Positions 58,884 to 64,000 of a stretch of 64,000 nt of DNA are shown here, one piece after another. The position numbers and the translations under genes were made by a program. The first letter of the stretch is position 1. Each line of letters starts with the position of its first letter. Under the pieces are notes generated by a model. That model saw only the letters and a program-made list of their open reading frames with translations, ran no database searches and had not been told where the DNA came from. Origin of the DNA: an uncultured Staphylococcaceae bacterium (GTDB lineage: Bacteria; Bacillota_I; Bacilli_A; RFN20; CAG-826); the NCBI GenBank assembly GCA_964562705.1, contig CAZLUI010000004.1, positions 1,503 through 65,502 of the forward strand, written 5' to 3'.

Positions 58884-59624
58884 CTATTTTGATTTCTTCT
58901 TTAATAGATCACGAATTTCAACCAATAGTTCAGTTTCGGTTGGTTCTGGTACAACCTCTTCAACTGGAGCAGGTCTATCTTCTGGATATTTTTTATAATG
59001 TTCTTCTAACAATTTAGCATCAAGCTCAGCCTTCTTCTTCTGAAGGGCTACTGTGATTTTGACAATGGTGAATAAGACTAATGCGATAATTAAAAAGCTA
59101 ATGACAGCATTAATAGCTGAACCCCAATCAATGATTGCTGATTGATTGTATACATAAGTTGAACCATGAAGTGTATATAGACTCTTTAAACCTTGCAAAG
59201 GATTGGCATCTTTTGGAAATATGCTTGAATATATATCAGCCATTTCATTCATGCTAGCTGCATCAAATGTTTGTCCAATTCCTTCAATGCCTTTTTGAGC
59301 GTCAGTTGCCGCAGGAAGGACAGTAATTAAACCTTTAAGTCCACCTGGAACAGCATAAGTGCAAATACTTAATAAAATATTGACGACCGATGTGACGATT
59401 GTGCCAAAGGCACCACCAATTACAACACCAACAGCCAAGTTGAGAACTGAACCCTTAGAGATAAAAGCTTTGAATTCGGACCAAATACCTTTGTATTCAC
59501 CTCTAGCAATAGCGCCTCGCTTTGCCGCTCTTTTTTCCGCTCTTAATTGTTTTTTTGTTTTCGGAGCTTCTTCTTTTTTCTCAGTTTCCTCTTCAACTAC
59601 TTTCGTTTCTACATTTTCGGACAT
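58884..59624 (-). CDS. mscL: large-conductance mechanosensitive channel MscL homolog with N/C-terminal extensions and an enlarged periplasmic loop
   Basis: KGSVLNLAVGVVIGGAFGTIV matches the MscL TM1 signature; start at MSENVE (gaggtg RBS); 246 aa versus ~130 aa typical. Confidence 0.7.
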   Translation of the reverse strand: MSENVETKVVEEETEKKEEAPKTKKQLRAEKRAAKRGAIARGEYKGIWSEFKAFISKGSVLNLAVGVVIGGAFGTIVTSVVNILLSICTYAVPGGLKGLITVLPAATDAQKGIEGIGQTFDAASMNEMADIYSSIFPKDANPLQGLKSLYTLHGSTYVYNQSAIIDWGSAINAVISFLIIALVLFTIVKITVALQKKKAELDAKLLEEHYKKYPEDRPAPVEEVVPEPTETELLVEIRDLLKKKSK

Positions 59625-59727
59625 ATTAACACCTCGATAACTCGATTCTATCATTTATCTATCAGATAAAAAATAATAAAAATGAAAATTCTTTAAGATA
59701 TTATATAATTTATAGCGAGGTATATAT

Positions 59728-60579
59728 ATGAACAAAGTGCAAATTATCGTTGATTCAACCGTCGATTTAACTCCTGAAATGTATAAAAATCTCAATCTTC
59801 GAGTTGAGCCACTTTCAGTGAATTTCGGTGAAGAATCATTTAAAGATGGAATTGATATTAATCCTGATGAGATTTACGCTCGAGTAAAAAAGAGTGGTGT
59901 TTTACCAAGCACAGCGGCCATTTCGCCCGAGACCCTTAAATCATTATTTGAAGAATATATTAACAAAGGAATGGATATTGTTTTCTTAGGCATTGGATCT
60001 AAAATGTCGACAACCTTCCAAAATGTTCACATTGCTTCTATGGACCTTCCTAGTGGAAGAGTGTTCGCTGTTGATTCTGCAAATCTATCCACAGGAACCG
60101 GTCTATTAGTTTTGAAAGCAGTTAAACTTAGAGATGAAGGAAAATCTGCAAAGGACATTGCGGATTATTTGAACAGCATTGTTGATAAGGTTTCAGCAAA
60201 GTTTGTTCTTGATAAACTTGATTATATGCATAAAGGCGGACGTTGTTCTGGCACGGTTGCGCTTTTTGGACACTTATTCCATATTCACCCAGTTCTAAAA
60301 TTGGTGGATGGGAAAATTGTTGTTGAAAAGAAAGTCCGTGGACCAATGAAAGCAGCATATAATGCAATGATTGAAGAACTAAAAAGCGATCTTCCAAACG
60401 TTGATATGGATAACATTATGATTACACATTCTGGAATACCTGAGGAAGACATTAAATACTTATTTGATGAAGTATCTAAGCTTGTTGATAAGAGTCTTAT
60501 CCGTATTACAAGAGCAGGCTGCGTTATTACCTCACATTGTGGTCCAGGAACAGTCGGAATATTGTATATAAAAAAGTAA
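59728..60579 (+). CDS. DegV-family fatty-acid-binding protein
   Basis: MNKVQIIVDSTVDLTPEMYKNLNLRVEPLSVNFGEESF. Confidence 0.9.
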   Translation: MNKVQIIVDSTVDLTPEMYKNLNLRVEPLSVNFGEESFKDGIDINPDEIYARVKKSGVLPSTAAISPETLKSLFEEYINKGMDIVFLGIGSKMSTTFQNVHIASMDLPSGRVFAVDSANLSTGTGLLVLKAVKLRDEGKSAKDIADYLNSIVDKVSAKFVLDKLDYMHKGGRCSGTVALFGHLFHIHPVLKLVDGKIVVEKKVRGPMKAAYNAMIEELKSDLPNVDMDNIMITHSGIPEEDIKYLFDEVSKLVDKSLIRITRAGCVITSHCGPGTVGILYIKK

Positions 60580-60695
60580 ATAATTATCCAAAAAAGGTTG
60601 TAATGACTGAAAATACCATTAAATCTATGAAATAAAAGGTGGACAAAATTACTGAGCCCATGATCTAAAGGTTATTTGAAATTAAATGTGGTTAT

Positions 60696-60733
60696 AAAAA
60701 CCAGGCACGGATATAAACCCATGCCTGGTTTTT
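60696..60733. terminator. bidirectional terminator between the convergent degV and tldE genes (aaaaaccaggca...tgcctggttttt)
   Basis: 7-bp stem flanked by an A-run and a T-run. Confidence 0.6.
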
Positions 60734-60751
60734 ATTGGTTGCTTTTTTTAA

Positions 60752-62077
60752 CTATTTACCAGATATTGATAATCGCTTAATTAATACACTTGGTGAATTG
60801 AACCCGTTAAGTTGTAGTTCAGAATCGTTTGCAACTTCTTTTAAATTCATGAACATTTCGTATAAATTACCAGCAACAGTAATTAGTGATAATGGTTCGG
60901 CGAGTTTGCCGTCTTTTATCATGAATCCTTGAGCTTGAAGAGAGAAATTTCCACTCTTCGCATTCATGCCAGCATGTAGTCCTTCAAGGTTTGTAATGTA
61001 GACGCCTTCATGAATCTTGCTAATCATTTGTCCCAACGATTTTTTGCTTGGTTTAACAATAGAGTAGCCCAAGGTTGCTTGGATCTTTGCACCAAGAACA
61101 CCATTTCCGGTTGGCTCAACATTATCAATCTTGGCTGTTTTTAATGTATACAAATAAGTTTCAAGGACACCTTTATTGATAATTGTTTTCCTGCTTGTAG
61201 CAACACCTTCATCATCGTGGTATGAAAAGAAGATATTCTTCTCAAGTGGATTTTCAATGAGAGTGAGTTTCTTACTAGCAATTGGTTGATGTAGTTTTCC
61301 TACAAACATTGATGAATTCTTCTGGACTTCTTCAGCGTCCAAGTTTGTTAAATAGGCCGCTAAAAGTTGTGCAAATGGTCTTCCAGCAATAGCTGTTGGA
61401 TATTTCTTGCTTTTGCATTGAATTGAACCAAGTTTAGATAAAGCATCTTCAGCTACTTCTTTTACAAACTTTTCCATGTTGAACTCTTTTGGATCCATCG
61501 AAGCAAAGACTTTAAAACCTGTTTTGATTTCATCACCTTGTTTAGCGGTTATTTCAGCGTAGATTGAGAACGCTGCGGTCTTGTCTTTTAACTTAAGCCC
61601 ATAGGAATTAGACATAGTTGATTCAGACATACTCTCTTCGTAGCCAATCGAGGCAACTTCATTAATTCTTGAGTCAAAAGCACGAAGTTTGGCTTCAATT
61701 TGTTTAAGTAATTCAATTTTTGCAGGAATATTGTTAGAAATGACTTCTTTGTTAAAGACATTTTTCTTATGGTATTTAGCGCTGCCTTTAAAGATGATAC
61801 TAGGATCATCGTTTTCAATTAGAGTTGCTGTTTCTTTAATTTCTTTGACTAGGAATTCAGGCGCTTCCTTATCAAATTTTTCAGTAACCGCAGTACCAAA
61901 TTTGCCATTATATATACCTCTAGCGATGGCGCGATAAGTATCACTCTCAGAGAAGCTATCTACCTCACTTTGAAACAAAGAAAGGTTTAATGAGTATTCG
62001 TGACTGACGGATAAATCAGCGGCTTCGAATTTGTATTCTGTGGCTAATTCAAAGAATTTTTTTTCGTTAATTTTCAT
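60752..62077 (-). CDS. pmbA: TldE/PmbA-family metalloprotease component
   Basis: PmbA_TldD fold; paired with and overlapping tldD by 4 nt. Confidence 0.8.
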   Translation of the reverse strand: MKINEKKFFELATEYKFEAADLSVSHEYSLNLSLFQSEVDSFSESDTYRAIARGIYNGKFGTAVTEKFDKEAPEFLVKEIKETATLIENDDPSIIFKGSAKYHKKNVFNKEVISNNIPAKIELLKQIEAKLRAFDSRINEVASIGYEESMSESTMSNSYGLKLKDKTAAFSIYAEITAKQGDEIKTGFKVFASMDPKEFNMEKFVKEVAEDALSKLGSIQCKSKKYPTAIAGRPFAQLLAAYLTNLDAEEVQKNSSMFVGKLHQPIASKKLTLIENPLEKNIFFSYHDDEGVATSRKTIINKGVLETYLYTLKTAKIDNVEPTGNGVLGAKIQATLGYSIVKPSKKSLGQMISKIHEGVYITNLEGLHAGMNAKSGNFSLQAQGFMIKDGKLAEPLSLITVAGNLYEMFMNLKEVANDSELQLNGFNSPSVLIKRLSISGK

Positions 62078-63471
62078 TTCAATATTCCTCCGTTACCACC
62101 AACAAGTATTTCGTCTACACGAATAGTTGGTTGTCCGACATCAGTTGGAATGCTACCTGAAGCAGCACCACACATGCCTTGAGCTCTTGCAAGGTCGTTG
62201 CCAACCATGTCAATATGCATCAGGACCTCGGCTCCAGAACCAATTAGGCTTGCGCCACGAACTGGTTCACAAATTTTCCCATCACGAATGATATAAGCTT
62301 CGCTACAACCAAAGTTAAATTCTCCAGTTGCTGGGTTTACTGAACCACCGTTGAGTGATTTTGCATATAAGCCCAACTTAGTGGCTTTAATAATTTCTTC
62401 AGGAGTTGAACTACCATTATCAATATATGTGTTAGACATTCTTGAGGTAGGTTCATATTTATATGATTCACGACGACAAGCGCCGTTGCCAGGTGTATTC
62501 ATTCTTCTACCGTTGAAATCATCAACAAGGTAAGATTTTAAAATCCCGTTTTTAATAAGCATTGTGCGATGTGTTGGATTTCCTTCATCATCGATGTTGT
62601 TTGATCCCCAACCATTCACAATTGTTCCGTCATCAAAAGCATTCACAAGTGGTGAAGCAATCTGCTGTCCGAGTTTACCGGCAAAAACAGAAAGATTCTT
62701 GCTAACTGCTGATGCTTCTAGCGCGTGGCCGCATGCTTCATGGAAAATAACACCACCGAAGCCGTTGCCGATTACTACTGGCATTTTGCCACTTGGGCAT
62801 TCTTTTGCAGTTAACATCAGCAAGGCTGACGTAGCGGTTTCTTTTGCTAGTTTCTCGATATCGATTTGATTTTGGAAATATTCAAAACCGGCGCTTGCGC
62901 CTGGACCAGCAAAACCAGTTTCCATTTTGTTTCCTTCAGCGGCAATGCACATTAAATATACACGGCCTCTTTCTTTGCTATCCTTGTAAATAAAGCCTTT
63001 AGAATTAATTAATGTAATGTTGTTTTTGTAATGCGAAAGGCCAGCTTTTGTTCTAACAATTTTTGGACTAGTTTCTCTCATTACCTTATCGCCCTTTTTC
63101 AAATAGGCGATTTTTTCTTCACTAGGAACCTCTGCTTGTGGCCTTAGATGAGGATGACTATTTTTAACATTTTTAATCTTTAAGGAATCAATTACCAATT
63201 CTTGTTTTCCTTTAAAAGATGCTGACAAAGTTTTAGCTAAATTTAGTAACCCCTTTTTAGAGACATCGTTTGTGTATCCATAGATACTTTGATTTTTGCA
63301 AAGAAGCCTAACACCTGCGCCATAGGATTGGCCAATGGTGGCTGAGTCAACCTTTCCATTTTCAATAGAATAGTTGTAACTTACCTTATCTTCGATAAAG
63401 ATTTCAGCATAATCGGCACCAGTTGATAATCCAGCGTTCAATACTTCGATTGCTTGTGATTTACTTAACAT
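62074..63471 (-). CDS. tldD: TldD-family metalloprotease
   Basis: N-terminal MLSKSQAIEVLNAGLSTGADYAEIFIEDK and GSGAEVLMHID patterns; HExxxH-like HEACGHALE. Confidence 0.85.
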   Translation of the reverse strand: MLSKSQAIEVLNAGLSTGADYAEIFIEDKVSYNYSIENGKVDSATIGQSYGAGVRLLCKNQSIYGYTNDVSKKGLLNLAKTLSASFKGKQELVIDSLKIKNVKNSHPHLRPQAEVPSEEKIAYLKKGDKVMRETSPKIVRTKAGLSHYKNNITLINSKGFIYKDSKERGRVYLMCIAAEGNKMETGFAGPGASAGFEYFQNQIDIEKLAKETATSALLMLTAKECPSGKMPVVIGNGFGGVIFHEACGHALEASAVSKNLSVFAGKLGQQIASPLVNAFDDGTIVNGWGSNNIDDEGNPTHRTMLIKNGILKSYLVDDFNGRRMNTPGNGACRRESYKYEPTSRMSNTYIDNGSSTPEEIIKATKLGLYAKSLNGGSVNPATGEFNFGCSEAYIIRDGKICEPVRGASLIGSGAEVLMHIDMVGNDLARAQGMCGAASGSIPTDVGQPTIRVDEILVGGNGGILK

Positions 63472-63486
63472 TTTCTTCCTCCTTTA

Positions 63487-64000
63487 TTATTTATTAAGAG
63501 CGACTTTTCTGTGCTCTTTTTTAAGAATTAATTGAATGGCGAATTTCCCGCTCATAAGAGCGATTGGAAGCCCACCAGGCATTATTGTCCATTGACCTGA
63601 AAATAGCAAATTTTTTAAACCGGAAACTGAAGAATTGTGCAACAGCTGATTACCTTTCGCGGTGAATGCCCAAGGCATATATGCACCACGATGAGCATTA
63701 ACATAACGATTATATGTCATTGGAGTAGCGACATCGATCGATTCTATCTTACCTTTTAATGATGGAAAACGTGTTTCAATTCTTGTTTTTACTTGCTCTG
63801 CAACGTTATCTTTAACTTTTTTATATGTTGGGTAGTCTTTTCTAATGTTCTCCCAATAATAAAAATCGTTGTCATTTTGATGAATCAAAACATTTAACAA
63901 AACATGGCCATCTTTTATAAATGTTTGATCGTATAAATAGTTTCTGATTTTAACTGAATCTTCTTTTCTATTGCCAACATTAAATGGTTCACAAGGAAAT
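63487..64000 (-). CDS. FAD-dependent oxidoreductase (phytoene desaturase / amine-oxidase-family), C-terminal part; the gene continues beyond the window end
   Basis: The ORF stays open in-frame upstream of the track's TTG start through position 63960; C-terminal GxW..MPGGGLP-like pattern. Confidence 0.5.
   Translation of the reverse strand, partial: FPCEPFNVGNRKEDSVKIRNYLYDQTFIKDGHVLLNVLIHQNDNDFYYWENIRKDYPTYKKVKDNVAEQVKTRIETRFPSLKGKIESIDVATPMTYNRYVNAHRGAYMPWAFTAKGNQLLHNSSVSGLKNLLFSGQWTIMPGGLPIALMSGKFAIQLILKKEHRKVALNK

Noticed and set aside
1-64000. tRNA or rRNA genes (B. subtilis has rrnO after gyrA)
   Set aside because: No GGTTCGAATCC / GTTCAAATCC T-loop signatures or rRNA-like conserved stretches were seen. 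gyrA is followed directly by protein-coding genes.

Overview
Low-GC Firmicutes-type chromosomal window centred on the replication origin. The origin block reads rpmH-rnpA-yidC-jag-mnmE on the minus strand, then a DnaA-box-rich oriC, then dnaA-dnaN-yaaA-recF-gyrB-gyrA on the plus strand. Upstream, on the minus strand, lie two further conserved housekeeping blocks: gdpP-rplI-dnaB-MBL hydrolase, and tatD-rnmV-rsmA-ispE-glmU…pth-mfd-S4-tilS-ftsH-dusB-lysS-rpsF-ssb-rpsR. Downstream of gyrA lie serS, a probable small SRP (4.5S) RNA, tadA, a P-type ATPase, psuG, an iron-type alcohol dehydrogenase, mscL, degV and tldE/tldD. Most of the window is ordinary core genome. The clear accessory segment is about 9.6-13.85 kb. 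It sits between an AT-rich acyltransferase-like membrane protein gene and the rpsF-ssb-rpsR operon. It is bounded by two 77-bp direct repeats. Inside are a translationally coupled two-gene operon (a 429-aa protein with an N-terminal zinc ribbon plus a 139-aa protein, both without recognisable family), and a 1.4-kb ORF-free stretch built from two diverged tandem ~450-bp units, each with a perfect bidirectional terminator hairpin. Two further small orphan genes follow, each preceded by a conserved ~40-bp motif. That island is the best candidate for an undescribed system. Other oddities include a Ser-repeat Big_2 lipoprotein, a 6-kb insertion (ppdK, FGGY kinase, TetR, DUF368) replacing prs-rplY between glmU and pth, an oversized lipoprotein YidC, an MscL with an enlarged periplasmic loop, and an M50-like membrane protein with a degenerate HExxH motif.
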